64,000 bases of DNA. Origin: Mobula hypostoma. Its lineage: Eukaryota. Below are positions 36,616-47,922 of the stretch, in pieces. The translations under genes were made by a program, and so were the position numbers. Position 1 is the stretch's first letter, and every line of letters begins with the position of its first letter. Location: contig NC_086097.1 in the NCBI RefSeq assembly GCF_963921235.1, positions 190,466,001 through 190,530,000 on the forward strand, written 5' to 3'. The notes under the pieces were generated by a model. That model worked only from the letters and a program-made list of their open reading frames with translations, ran no database searches and was not told where the DNA came from.

Positions 36616-36816
36616 CACATCAAAGTTGCTGGTGAACGCAGCAGGCAAGGCAGCATCTCTAGGAAGAGGTACAGTCGACGTTTCAGGCCGAGACCCTTCA
36701 CCTGAAACATTGACTGTACCTCTTCCTAGAGATGCTGCCTGGCCTGCTGCGTTCACCAGCAACTTTGATGTGTGTTGCTTGAATTTCCAGCATCTGCAGA
36801 ATTCCTCGTGTTTGCG
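36616..36816. mobile_element. Inverted (fold-back) pair of Penelope-like terminal repeats with no coding sequence
   Basis: 36616-~36678 is the reverse complement of ~36701-36772; both arms match the PLE end at 45860-45980. Confidence 0.9.
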
Positions 36817-37127
36817 TTATTTTGCTTCTTCCAGGGACAGTTCCGGCCATTATCTTAGTTGAAATGTTTGTTTTGCCTGTTTAAAGCTGAGAGACAGCTT
36901 ATTCAAACTTAACATGCCATGTTTCGCTGCAATACTTCCATTGATATACTTTCAATAATCCGCAGGGCCCGTATCAGGACTGTGATGGAATTCTTCCTAT
37001 TTACCTCGATAAGTGCTGCTCCAATGATACACAAACACCTCAACTTCACCTGAGTCACAGAAGCCTGTTTAACTGAACCACCCTAAATTCTCACCATTAT
37101 CCTCCACAAACAAAAACACACTACAAT

Positions 37128-37511
37128 CGGAGCAGTGCTGCCAGGATAATCAAGGACACAACCCACCCAGCCAACACACTTTTCGTCCCTCTTCCCTCCG
37201 GGAGAAGGCTCAGGAGCTTGAAGACTCGTACGGCCAGATTTGGGAACAGCTTCTTTCCAACTTTGATAAGACTGCTGAACGGATCCTGACCCGGAACTAG
37301 GCCGTATCCTCCAAATATCCGGACTTGCCTCTCGGTTTTTTTACACTACCTTACTTGCCATTTTTCTATTTCCTATTTATGATTTATAATTTAAATTTTT
37401 AATATTTACTATCGATTTGTAATTCAGGAAGCAGGAAGCGCAGAATCAAATATCGCTGTGATGATTGTACGTTCTGGTATCAATTGTTTGGTGACAATAA
37501 AGTATAAAGTA
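37128..37511 (+). mobile_element. 3' fragment of a Rex1/L2-type LINE
   Basis: Near-identical to 51979-52397; AATAAAGTATAAAGTAT tail. Confidence 0.88.
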
Positions 37512-37691
37512 TCCATTGGAATCACTGGGATTTCTTTGAGGGTAGGAGGTTCTCTTGTACAAGCGAAACAGATTGACCATAAGATATAGGAGCAGAATTA
37601 GGCAATTTAGCCCCTCAAGTCTGCTCCAACAATTGCATCTGAACTAGAGGGAATGAATATCCTGGCTAGTGCTATTCAAGAGTTTAACCTA

Positions 37692-38190
37692 CAAGGGGTG
37701 ATTGATAAGTTTGTGGCTTAAGGTAGAAGGAGTTAATTTTAGAAAACCTAGCACATTTATTTTTCAACATAGTCCCCTCCTACATTTACAAACTTAGTCC
37801 AGCAGGCATGGAGCATATGGATCCCTTCTTTGTAGAAGTTGGCATCTTGGACCTCCAGAAGTGGTCCACGGCAGGGGTGATAGATAAGTTCATGGCCTAA
37901 GGTAGAAGGGGATGAGTTATTAACTTCAAACTTTCTGTATAATCACCCAAAGTGTTGAACTGCACGTGCATGTAACGAGAGCTGTATAACTCATCTCCTT
38001 CTACCTTAGGCCATGATCTTATCAATCACCCCTGCTGTGGACACTTTCTGGAGTTCAAGATCTGTAGGCTTCACGACTGCTGGACTAAGTGTGTACATAT
38101 AGGAGGGGACTATGTTGAAAAATAAATGTGCTAGGTTTTCTAAAATTGACTCCTTCTACCTTAGACCACAAACTTGTCAATCACCCCTCA
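37692..38190. mobile_element. Mariner-derived palindromic MITE with TA TSD and four TIR copies
   Basis: TA|CAAGGGGTGATTGATAAG ... CTTGTCAATCACCCCTCA|TA; mariner C-terminal remnant KCVHIGGDYVEK* at ~38087-38125 and its inverted copy; inner TIR pair 37872-38034. Confidence 0.9.
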
Positions 38191-38299
38191 TAGAGTGATA
38201 AGGGGATAGGACCCTGAAGAGTAGAGTGGCTGATGAGAAACTCAAAGAAAACTCAGTAGCCTATGAGAACAAGTTTACTTATGAAGATAGGCAAGAACT

Positions 38300-38760
38300 C
38301 AGTAAATGAACAAAAAAATAAACTGTTTTTATTTTAATCCAATAGGCTTAACTCAGAGCATGGATTGGCTCTAGGGACTGAGATAACAGAAACAATGCTG
38401 AAGGAAGGGCTGGATTGGCTCACTGTTCCCAAACACAGATGTCACAGGTGTGACAGAGATGCAGGTGGGAAAGGAGGGTTAGGTGCCTTCTTGATGGATG
38501 AGGGCATAACAATGGCCCTTAAAGAGGATATTTATGGAGGATTATCCAATAAGGCCATATAGGTAGAATGTACAAACAAAGGGATGGTCATTCTGATGGG
38601 ATTGAAAGAGCAGCCAGGTGGAGAGATTGCCGCTAGCTGTAAATATAATATGGCAGTATCAATGGGAGATTATAACTTCCCTAATATTGACCTAGTTGGA
38701 TGGAGTGGAGTGTGTGAAATGTGTTCAATAAAGCCTTCTTTATCAATATGTAAAGAAACC
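38300..38760 (+). mobile_element. Highly degraded CR1 APE fragment; continues at ~43470
   Basis: MGDYNFPNID at ~38662-38691; ITET motif in ORF 38365..38562. Confidence 0.65.
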
Positions 38761-39125
38761 TGAGAAAAAAGTAGTGAGATAATGTACATGAGTTCAATGA
38801 CCATTTAGAAATCTGCTGGAAGAGGAGAAGAAGCTGATTCTGAAACACAGAGTGTGTGTCTTCTGGCTTCTGTCCCTCCTCCTCGATGGTAGCAATGAGA
38901 GGAGGGCATGGCCTGGGTGATAGGGGTCCTTAATGATAGATACTGCCTTTTTGAGGCATTTTCTTTTGAAAGTGTCCTCGATGTTGGGGAGGCTAGTGCC
39001 CATGATGGAGCTCCATTGGTTTTTTCTGATCCTGTGCAGAGGCCGCTTCATACCAGGCGGTGATTCAACCAGTTAGAACGCTCTCCATGGTACATCTATA
39101 GAAATTTGTATGAGTCTCTGGCAAT

Positions 39126-39527
39126 TGTTCTGTGGGGGCATGTCTTATTCTGATTGTCAAAAGCCATTTCCATTGTGATTAGTTAGTTTAGAAGGTGCAG
39201 CTGCTTTTCCCATTAGATAGCTGCCTGGTGTCCAGTTTCAAACATCATGGGTATATAAACTAGCACGTGGAAAGGGCTTGCTCACTTCTTCCTTCAAGGC
39301 AAGACCAGTGGGAAGGTATGCTCTGTGTGCACTTTTAACTCAGTATGCTTGTTGAATGCATGTATGTTTGTTGTGTATGTGGCTTTGTAGTGTCTGTACT
39401 TTGGGGAACATGAATGTTTGGTTGAATTTTTACTGTTTGTAAATAAATGATTAATACACCTATTTGAAGTCAATGCATTTCCTGTCTCACTTTCCAGACC
39501 TACGAACCTGATTGAACTTGAGTGACA
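39126..39527 (+). repeat. Putative solo LTR
   Basis: ~400-bp insert inside a LINE remnant; TG...CA candidate ends; TATATAAA ~39253; AATAAA ~39442; TSD ambiguous. Confidence 0.45.
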
Positions 39528-39610
39528 TACCAAGACTCTACAAATTCCTAATGAAATACAATTTGCTGTTATGCTTTCTTTGTCATTGCATCAATATATT
39601 GGGTCCAGGA

Positions 39611-39612
<2 letters not shown>

Positions 39613-39641
<29 letters not shown>

Positions 39642-40300
39642 GCCTCTGTCAGTCATGGTCAACCATGGGTACCGACTCTCTGGTAGTCACTGGTTTGTTG
39701 CGTAGCGTCGACGGTGGCTATTGGGGCCGATCCTGGAATGGCAGGCTCTGCCACAGTTGCTGCATGTGTAGGGCGTCGTGGAATTGTTGTCTGCTGTCTG
39801 CTGTGCTCTCCACTTCTCAAACTAACCTAGGATCACTCTTTCACCTTGCTGTAGGTGTTGCTGAAGAGTACCTCGCCATTTGTCGTGGTCATCTGCTGTA
39901 TCCACCCAGCACTCTGTGTTGATTTTTAAGGCTTTCATGTCGCGCTTGCAGAGGTTCTCGAAGGGAAGCTGGGGTCTACCAATGTTCCTCTTGCCTGTTG
40001 CTAGCTCTCCATAAAGGATGCCCTTTGGCAGTCTACCATTCTTCATACGACAGACGTGGCCCAGCCAGCGGAGTCTGCATTGTCTTAAAAGCATAAACAT
40101 TGTGGGAAGTCCAGCGTGGGAGAGGACCTCAGAGATTGGGACTTTGTCTCTTCAGGTGATGCCAAGGATGAGGCGAAGGCTGTGCAGGTGAAAACGATTG
40201 AGTTTCCTCTCCTGCTTGGAGTAGATGATCCAAGTCTCGCTACCATACAGGAGGGTACTGATAACACATGCATTGTACACAGCAGTCTTGGTCTTTGTAG
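39613..40300 (-). mobile_element. 3' fragment of an RTE-clade LINE with (CA)n tail
   Basis: RLRWLGHVCRMKNGRLPKGILYGEL..GRPQL (ORF 39822..40100); terminal YTCSNCGRACHSRIG..SH zinc-finger-like motif; (TG)n at 39613-39640. Confidence 0.9.
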
Positions 40301-40463
40301 CAAGTTTTGTAGATATTCAGAAACTGCTCACCCTTTCCACTGCTGATCACTCAACGGAGACCAGTGTGTATTCCCTCAACTTTACCTTCCTGACGTTCAC
40401 TATCCATTCCTCGGTCCTACTGACACTGAGTACACGGCTGTTGGTGAAAGTGGCAGAAGTGTC

Positions 40464-43400
40464 CAATAGACAATAGGTGCAGGAGTAGGCTATTCGGCCC
40501 ATCAAGCCAGCACCACCATTCACTGTGATCATTGCTGATCATCCACAATCAGCAACCAGTTCCCCATAACCTTTGATTCTGCTATCTTTAAGAGCTCTAT
40601 CCATCTCTTTCTTGAAAGCATCCAGAGACTTGGCTTCCACAGCCTTCTGGGGGCAGAGCATTCCATACATCCACCACTCTGTGGGTGAAAAAGTTTTTCC
40701 TCAACTCCATTCTAAATGGCCTACCCCTTATTCTTAAACTTGTGACCTCTGGTTCTGGACTCACCCATCAGCGGGAACATGCTTCCTGCCTCCAGTGTGT
40801 CCAATCCTTTATATGTTTCAATAAGATCCCCTCTCGGCCTTCTAAATTCCAGAGTATACAAGCCCAGTCGCTCCAATCTTTTGACATATGACAGTCCCGC
40901 CATCCCGGGAATTAACCTTGTGAACCTACGCTGCACTCCCTCAATAGCAAGAATATCCTTCCTCAAATTTGGAGACCAAAACTGCACACAGTACTCCAGG
41001 TGTGGTCTCACCAGGGCCCTGTACAGCTGCAGAAGGACCTCTTTGCTCTTATACTCAATTCCCCTTGTTATGAAGGCCAGCATGCCATTAGCTTTCTTCA
41101 CTGCCTGCTGAACTTGCATGCTTGCTTTCAGTGACTGATGTACAACAACACCAAGATCTCGTTTTACTTCCCCTTTTGATAACTTGACTCCATTTAGATA
41201 GTAATCTGCCTTCCTGTTCTTACCACTAAAGTGGATAACCTCACATTTATCCACATTAAACTGCATCTGCCATGCATTTGCCCACTCATCCAGCCTGTCC
41301 AGGTCACCCTGCATTCTCATAACATCCTCCTCACATTTCACACTGCCACCCAGCTTTGTGTCATTGGCAAATTTGCTAATGTTACTTTTAATTCCCTCTT
41401 CTAAATCATTAATATATATTGTAAACAGCTGCGGTCCCAGCACTGAACCCTGCGGTACCCCACTGGTCACCGCCTGCCGTTCCGAAAGGGACCCGTTAAT
41501 CACTACTCTTTGTTTTCTGTCAGCCACCCAATTTTCAATCCATGTCAGTACTCTGCCCCCAATACCATGTGCCCTAATTTTGCCCACTAATCTCCTATGT
41601 GGGATTTTATCAAAGGCTTTCTGAAAGTCCAGGTACACTGCATCCACTGGCTCTCCCTTGTCCATTTTCATAGTTACATCCTCAAAAAAATTCCAGAAGA
41701 TTAGTCAAGCACGATTTCCCCTTCGTAAATCCATGCTGACTCGGACCAATCCTGTTACTGCTATCCAGATGTGTCGTAATTTCATCTTTTATAATTGACT
41801 CCAGCATCTTTCCCACCACCAACGTCAGGCTAACCAGTCTATAATTCCCTGTTTTCTCTCTTCCTCCCTTCTTGAAGAGAGGGACAACATTAGCCACCCT
41901 CCAATCCACAGGAACTGATCCTGAATCTACAGAACATTGGAAAATGATTACCAAGGCATCCACGATTTCTAAAGCCACCTCCTTAAGTACCCTGGGATGG
42001 AGACCATCAGGTCTTGGGGACTTATGAGCCTTCAGACCCAACAGTCTATCCAACACCATTTCCTGCCTAATATAAATTTCCTTCAGTTCATCCATTACCC
42101 TAGGTCCTTTGGCCACTATTATATCTGGGAGATTGTTTGTGTCTTCCCTAGTGAAGACATATCCAAAGTACCTGTTCATCTCCTCTGCCATTTCCTTGTT
42201 CCCCATAATGAATTCACCCATTTCTGTCTTCAAGGGCCCAGTTTTGGTCTTAACTATTTTCTTCCTTTTCACATACCTAAAGAAGCTTTTACTATCCTCC
42301 TTTATATTCTTGGCTAGTTTACCTTCGTACCTCATTTTTTCTCCGTGTATTGCCTTTTTAGTTACCTTCTGTTGCTCTTTAAAAGTTTCCCAATCCTCCG
42401 GCTTCCCACTCGTCTTTGCTATGTTATACTTCTTCTCTTTTATTTTTATACTGTCCATTACTTCCCTTGTCAGCTACGGCCTCCCCTTACTCCCTTTAGG
42501 ATCTTTCTTCCTCTTTGGAATGAACTGATCCTGCACCTTCTGCATTATTCCCAGAAACACTTGCCATTGCTGTTCCACTGTCATCCCTGCTAGGGTATTG
42601 TTCCATTGACCTTTGGCCAGCTCCTCCCTCATAGCACCATAGTTCCCTTTGTTCAACTGTAATACTAACACTTTTGAGTTTCCCTTCTCCCTCTCAAATT
42701 GTCGACTAAAACTTATCATATTATGGTCACTACCTCCTAATGGCTCCTTTACCTCGCGGTCCCTGATCAAATCCGGTTCATTGCACAACACTAAATCTAG
42801 AATTGCGTTCTCTCTGGTAGGCTCCAGTACAAGCTGTTCTAAGAATCCATCTCGGAGGGACTCCACAAACTCCCTTTCTTGGGGTCCAGTACCAACCTGA
42901 TTTCTCCAGTCTACCTGCATGTTGAAATCCCCCATAACAACTGTAGCATTACCTTTGTGACATGCCAATTTTAACTCTTGATTCAACTACAAACTACATC
43001 CAGACTACTGTTTGGGGGCCTGTAGATAACTCCCATTAGGGTCCTTCTACCTTTAGAATTTCTCAGTTCTATCCATACTGACTCTACATCTCCTGATTTT
43101 ATGTCCCCCCTCGCAAGGGACTGAATATCATTCCTCAACAACAGAGCCACCCCCACCCCCTCTGCCCATCAGTCTGTCCTTTCGATAGGACGTATATCCT
43201 TGGATATTCATTTCCCAGGCCCTGTCCACTTGAAGCCATGTCTCTGTTATTCCCACAACATCATACTTACCAATTTCCAACTGTGCCTCAAGCTCTTCTA
43301 CTTTATTTCTGATACTCCGTGCATTCATATACAATACTTTTAATTCATTACTCCCCTCACCTCCCATACCAATTCCTATTTCACTTGGCCATACTGTACG

Positions 43401-43468
43401 ATCCCTTCTTGAGCTTTCTGCTCTGTTGATTCTGCTGTCTTTCTTAACTTTTCTTATTCTCACTTTCC
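40464..43468 (-). mobile_element. CR1 LINE with nearly complete ORF2 (APE and RT), frameshifted
   Basis: ORFs 43128..43463 (LYMNARSIRNK, GITETWL), 42474..42986 (GDFN, SDH), 41682..42458 and 40721..41671 ([10 protein letters not shown]); caataga tail repeats. Confidence 0.96.
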
Positions 43469-43469
43469 A

Positions 43470-43940
43470 GTGACAATAACTCTATTAACTTTAAAACAGT
43501 TTATGGAGACAAATATGATGAGTTTACAGGTTAGGGACCTGAACTGAGGCTGAGTAAATTTTGGAGCCATTAGGCAGGATTTTGCGGAAGATGATTAGGT
43601 GAGATTGTTTGCTGGGAAAGGAGTATCTGCCAAGTGGGAGGGTTTCAGAAGTGTATTGCCAAGAGTTTATGACTTACACATTCCTCTTCGGGATTAAGAC
43701 AAGGCTGGCAGGTTTCAAGAATCCTAGTGGATTAGAGAAATTTGTTAATATGTATATTGGTGCATATGTGGAATGCGCTGCCAGAAATAGTGGTTGAGGC
43801 AGATACATAAGCAAAATTTAAAAGTCATATAGATAACCATTTTGGTAGAGAAGTTTAGAGGGCTATGGGCCAGGCTCAGGCAGCTGGTATTAGCTCAACT
43901 GTCAACATAGTCGGCATAGATGTGTTGGGCCAAAGGACCT
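43470..43940 (+). mobile_element. Degraded CR1 fragments
   Basis: SDNNSINFK APE end and a CR1 3' UTR-like segment. Confidence 0.6.
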
Positions 43941-43944
43941 TTAT

Positions 43945-45980
43945 CCACTGCTACCAACCTTATAGTTCCCACACCCCGCACTTCCCGTTTCTATCTCCTA
44001 CCCAAGATCCACAAACCTGCCTGCACTGGCCGACCTATTGTCTCAGCTTGCTCCTGCCCCACCGAACTCGTTTCTGCATACCTCGACACGGTTTTATCCC
44101 CCCTTGTTCAATCCCTTCCTACCTATGTTCGTGACACTTCTCACGCTCTGAAACTTTTCGATGATTTTAAGTTCCCTGGCCCCCACCACTTTATTTTCAC
44201 CATGGATGTCCAGTCCTTATATACTTCCATCCCCCATCAGGAAGGTCCCAAAGCTCTACGCTTCTTTTTGGATTCCAGACCTAACCAGTTCCCCTCTACC
44301 ACCACTCTGCTCCGTCTAGCAGAATTAGTCCTTACTCTTAATAATTTCTCCTTTGGCTCCTCCCACTTCCTCCAAACTGAAGGTGTAGCTATGGGCACCC
44401 GTATGGGTCCTAGCTATGCCTGCCTTTTTGTTGGCTTTGTGGATCCATCTATGTTCTGAACCTATTCTGGTATCTGTCCCCACTTTTCCTTCGCTACATT
44501 GACGACTGTATTGGCGCTGCTTCCTGCACGCACGCTGAGCTCGTTGACTTTATTAACTTTGCCTCCAACTTTCACACTGCCCTCAAGTTTACCTGGTCCA
44601 TTTCCGACACCTCCCTCCCCTTTCTAGATCTTTCTGTCTCTATCTCTGGAGACAGCTTATCTACTGATGTCTACTATAAGCCTACTGACTCTCACAGCTA
44701 TCTGGACTATTCCTCTTCTCACCCTGTCTCTTACAAAAATGCCATCCCCTTCTCGCAAACCCTCCGTCTCCGCAACATCTGCTCTCAGGATGAGGTTTTT
44801 CATTCCAGGACAAAGGAGATGTCCTCCTTTTTTAAAGAAAGGGGCTTCACTTCCTCCACCATCAACTCTGCTCTGAAACACATCTCCCCCATTTCACGCA
44901 CATCTGCTCTCACTCCATCCTCCCGCCATCCCACTAGGAATAGGGGTCCCCTGGTCCTCACCTACCACCCCACCAGCCTCCAGGTCCAAAATATTATTCT
45001 CTGTAATTTCCGCCACCTCCAACGGGATCCCACCACTAAGCACATCTCTCCATCCCCCCCCCCACTTTCCGCAAGGATCACTCCCTACGCGACTCCCTTG
45101 TCCATTCGTCCCCCCATCCCTCCCGACTAATCTCCCTCCTGGCACTTATCCTTGTAAGCAGAACAAGTGCTACACATGCCCTTACACTTCCTCCCTTACC
45201 ACCATTCAGGGCCCCAGACAGTCCTTCCAGGTGAGGCAACACTTCACCTGTGAGTCGGCTGGGATGATATACTGCATCCGGTGCTCCCGATGTGGCCTTC
45301 TATATATTAGCGAGACCCGACGCAGACTGGGAGATCGTTTTGCTGAACACCTACGCTCTGTCCGCCAGAGAAAGCAGGATCTCCCAGTGGCTACACATTT
45401 TAATTCCACATCCCATTCCCATTCTGACATGTCTATCCACGGCCTCCTCTACTGTAAAGATGAAGCCACACTCAGGTTGGAGGAACAACACCTTATATTC
45501 TGCCTGGGTAGCCTCCAACCTGATGGCATGAACATTGACTTCTCTAACTTCCACTAATGCCCCACCTCCCCCTCGTACCCCATCTGTTACTTATTTTTAT
45601 ACACATTCTTTCTCTCACTCTCCTTTTTCTCCCTCTGTCCCTCTGACTATACCCCCTGCCCATCCTCTGGGCTTTTTCCCCCCTCCCCCTTTTCCTTCTC
45701 CCTGGGCGTCCTGTCCCATGATCCTCTCATATCCCCTTTGCCAATCACCTGTCCAGCTCTTGGCTCCATCCCTCCCCCTCCTGTCTTCTCCTATCATTTT
45801 GGATTTCCCCCTCCCACTTTCAAATCTCTTACTAGCTCTTCCCTCAGTTGGTCCTGATGAAAGGTCTCGGCCTGAAACGTCGACTGTACCTCTTCCTAGA
45901 GATGCTGCCTGGTCTGCTGCGTCCACCAGCAACTTTGACGTGTGTTGCTTGAATTTCCAGCATCTGCAGAATTCCTCGTG
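43945..45980 (+). mobile_element. Penelope-like element: RT, GIY-YIG endonuclease and terminal repeat; 5'-truncated and disrupted
   Basis: FYLLPKIHK..GRPIVS, TMDVQSLYTSIP, GVAMGTRMGPSYA, FLRYIDD (~44487-44506); ORF 45231..45557 IYCIRCSRCGLLYISETRRRLGDRFAEH. Confidence 0.96.
45850..45885 (+). ncRNA. Minimal type I hammerhead ribozyme motif
   Basis: ggtc-CTGATGA-a-AGGT ctcg GCCT-GAAAC-GTC-gact; predicted cleavage after C45881. Confidence 0.75.
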
Positions 45981-46973
45981 TGGACCTTTATCCTTGCTGA
46001 CTTTATAACAAATTGTCAAGGATACTCCATCCATACCTGCCAAACCTGTGATTTCCATCACCAAGATGGAGAAGAACAACGTGGAAATGTTATTAAAAAA
46101 TTCCCTTCAGGTCACACTATCCTGAGTTGGAAATATATCCAAATCTAGTCCTCCAACGTTGGGTTCTTCCTGAATTCCCTACTCAACAGCACTATAGCAT
46201 GCCCCCCAGTTTGGGAACTTCAGTGACTCATAGCAATACCTCATTAACACCTTTCATGTAAAACTAGGGATGACAATTCCTTCCATATTCAATAAATGAA
46301 TGATAATAAATAAGCCAGGTTTTTTGTATGCATTACTGTTTGCAAGATTCATAAACAGGCTTCTGTTTAAAGTCAAAATTATAGTGAAAAGCTGAAATGC
46401 ACAGTAACTGTATATTAGCTGAAAAGACTGAACCATTGTGATCCATCTACAAATTGCTCTGTGAGATGATTACTGTGTATCACCTCATGTTCTAGTCACA
46501 GATAAATTGCTCAAGGAAAAGAGGAAAAGTACATGCCAGATGATACAGTATATCAAAGGCTAATACCACTATTTACTTTAGAATATTATTAATTCATTTT
46601 TAAAACATCAGTGGACATGGCATGCTGATAGAAATTTATTAATGGAAAAGGCCAGTATAGTAGAGAATTCAATATACATCTCAAAGCCGTATGTAGTATT
46701 TTGATGATTCAGTTTTGGCAAAACTCAATTTTTGGCTCACAAATGAAAGACAGCCGGATAACCTGCAACTCATTTTTGTGATTATAATATCAAAGACACA
46801 ACCTGTAAAATAATGTAATTTACACCCTGTTATGGGGATGTTAATTTAATCCAACCACCAAGATGCATTTCCTATTACATTTTATGTGAAAGTTAGACAG
46901 CAACAAAGAGATTCCTGAATATTGGAAGTCACTCAGTTGATTCCATATTCACATAAACTAACACTCTTATATC

Positions 46974-47795
46974 ATGAAAGGGTCTTGGCTTGAAACATCG
47001 ACTATAGTCGGCCCTTTGTATCCGCGGGGGTTTGGTTCTGGGACTCCCCGCAGATACCAAATTCCGCGGATGCTTAAGTCCTGTATATAAAATGGCGTAG
47101 TATTCGCATATAACCTACGCACATCCTCCCGTATACTTTAAATCATCTCTAGATTACTTATAATACCTAAAACAATGTAAATGCTATGCAAATAGTTGTT
47201 ATACTGTATTGTTTAGGGAATAACGACAAGAAAAGAAGTCTGTACATATTCGGTACAGATGCAACCATCATAGCTCTTCTGGGAACACTGATGCTGCCTT
47301 GGCATCAGCCGTTGCTGATTCCCCCGTGATCTTTCCACTCTTGAGGTTGTAGTGCTTGACATAGCTAGCCAGCCATCCCTTACTGGCCTTAAACTCCTTC
47401 CTCTCGCTCACAGCACAAGTAGTGAACAAACGAGATGCGAGGCCAACAATGCTCAAACAACAAGTAATACTTTTAATCATCTCTAGATTACAGTGCTTTA
47501 TGCTCCCTCTTAGCCTTTGAGGAATTGCTTTGACCACTTAATTGCTTTTTAGGAGCCATTTTTTCACAGAAGCAAAGGGTGCACACAACACAAGTAGCGA
47601 CCGAACGAGACGCGAGGTGAACAATACTCAAACAACAAGTGCTGGAGAGAGAACTTCTGGGTTTTTTTTTCGATCCTGATCCATGGTTGGTTGAATCTGC
47701 AGATGCGGAACCCGCGGATACGGAGGGCCGACTGTATATACTCCCCTCCATAGATGCTGCCTGACTTACTTTCCTTCATCATTTTGTGTGTGTGT
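46974..47795 (+). repeat. Old Penelope-like terminal repeat fragment split by the Tigger insertion
   Basis: atgaaagggtcttggcttgaaacatcgac | Tigger | tatactcccctccatagatgctgcctgac...ttttgtgtgtg. Confidence 0.7.
47005..47734 (-). mobile_element. Internally deleted Tigger/pogo DNA transposon, MER2/Tigger3-like
   Basis: TA TSD; TIR CAGTCGGCCCTCCGTATCCGCGGG; transposase remnants MAPKKQLSGQSNSSKAKR and EFKASKGWLASYVK..ITGESATAD (CENP-B-type HTH). Confidence 0.93.
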
Positions 47796-47843
47796 TATAT
47801 ACATTCTCCATTTGGACAGAATATTTGTTCCATAGGCTTAGGC

Positions 47844-47922
47844 CAGGGATTCCCAACTTTTCTTATGCCATGGGACCTTCCATTAACCAAAGGGCCCATG
47901 AACCTTGGATTGGGAACCCCTG
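47844..47922. mobile_element. 79-bp hAT/Charlie-type MITE
   Basis: TIRs CAGGGATTCCCAA and TTGGGAACCCCTG; degenerate 8-bp TSD gcttaggc/ccttcggc. Confidence 0.8.

Larger units (their letters stand above)
38790..40445 (-). mobile_element. Degraded Rex1-type LINE split by a putative solo LTR and an RTE
   Basis: Collinear pieces: 38794..39051 (IIKDPYHPGHALLSLLPS), 39522-39612 and 40315-40445 (LSVSRTEEWIVNVRK, resembling LNVSKTKELIVDFRK). Confidence 0.7.
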
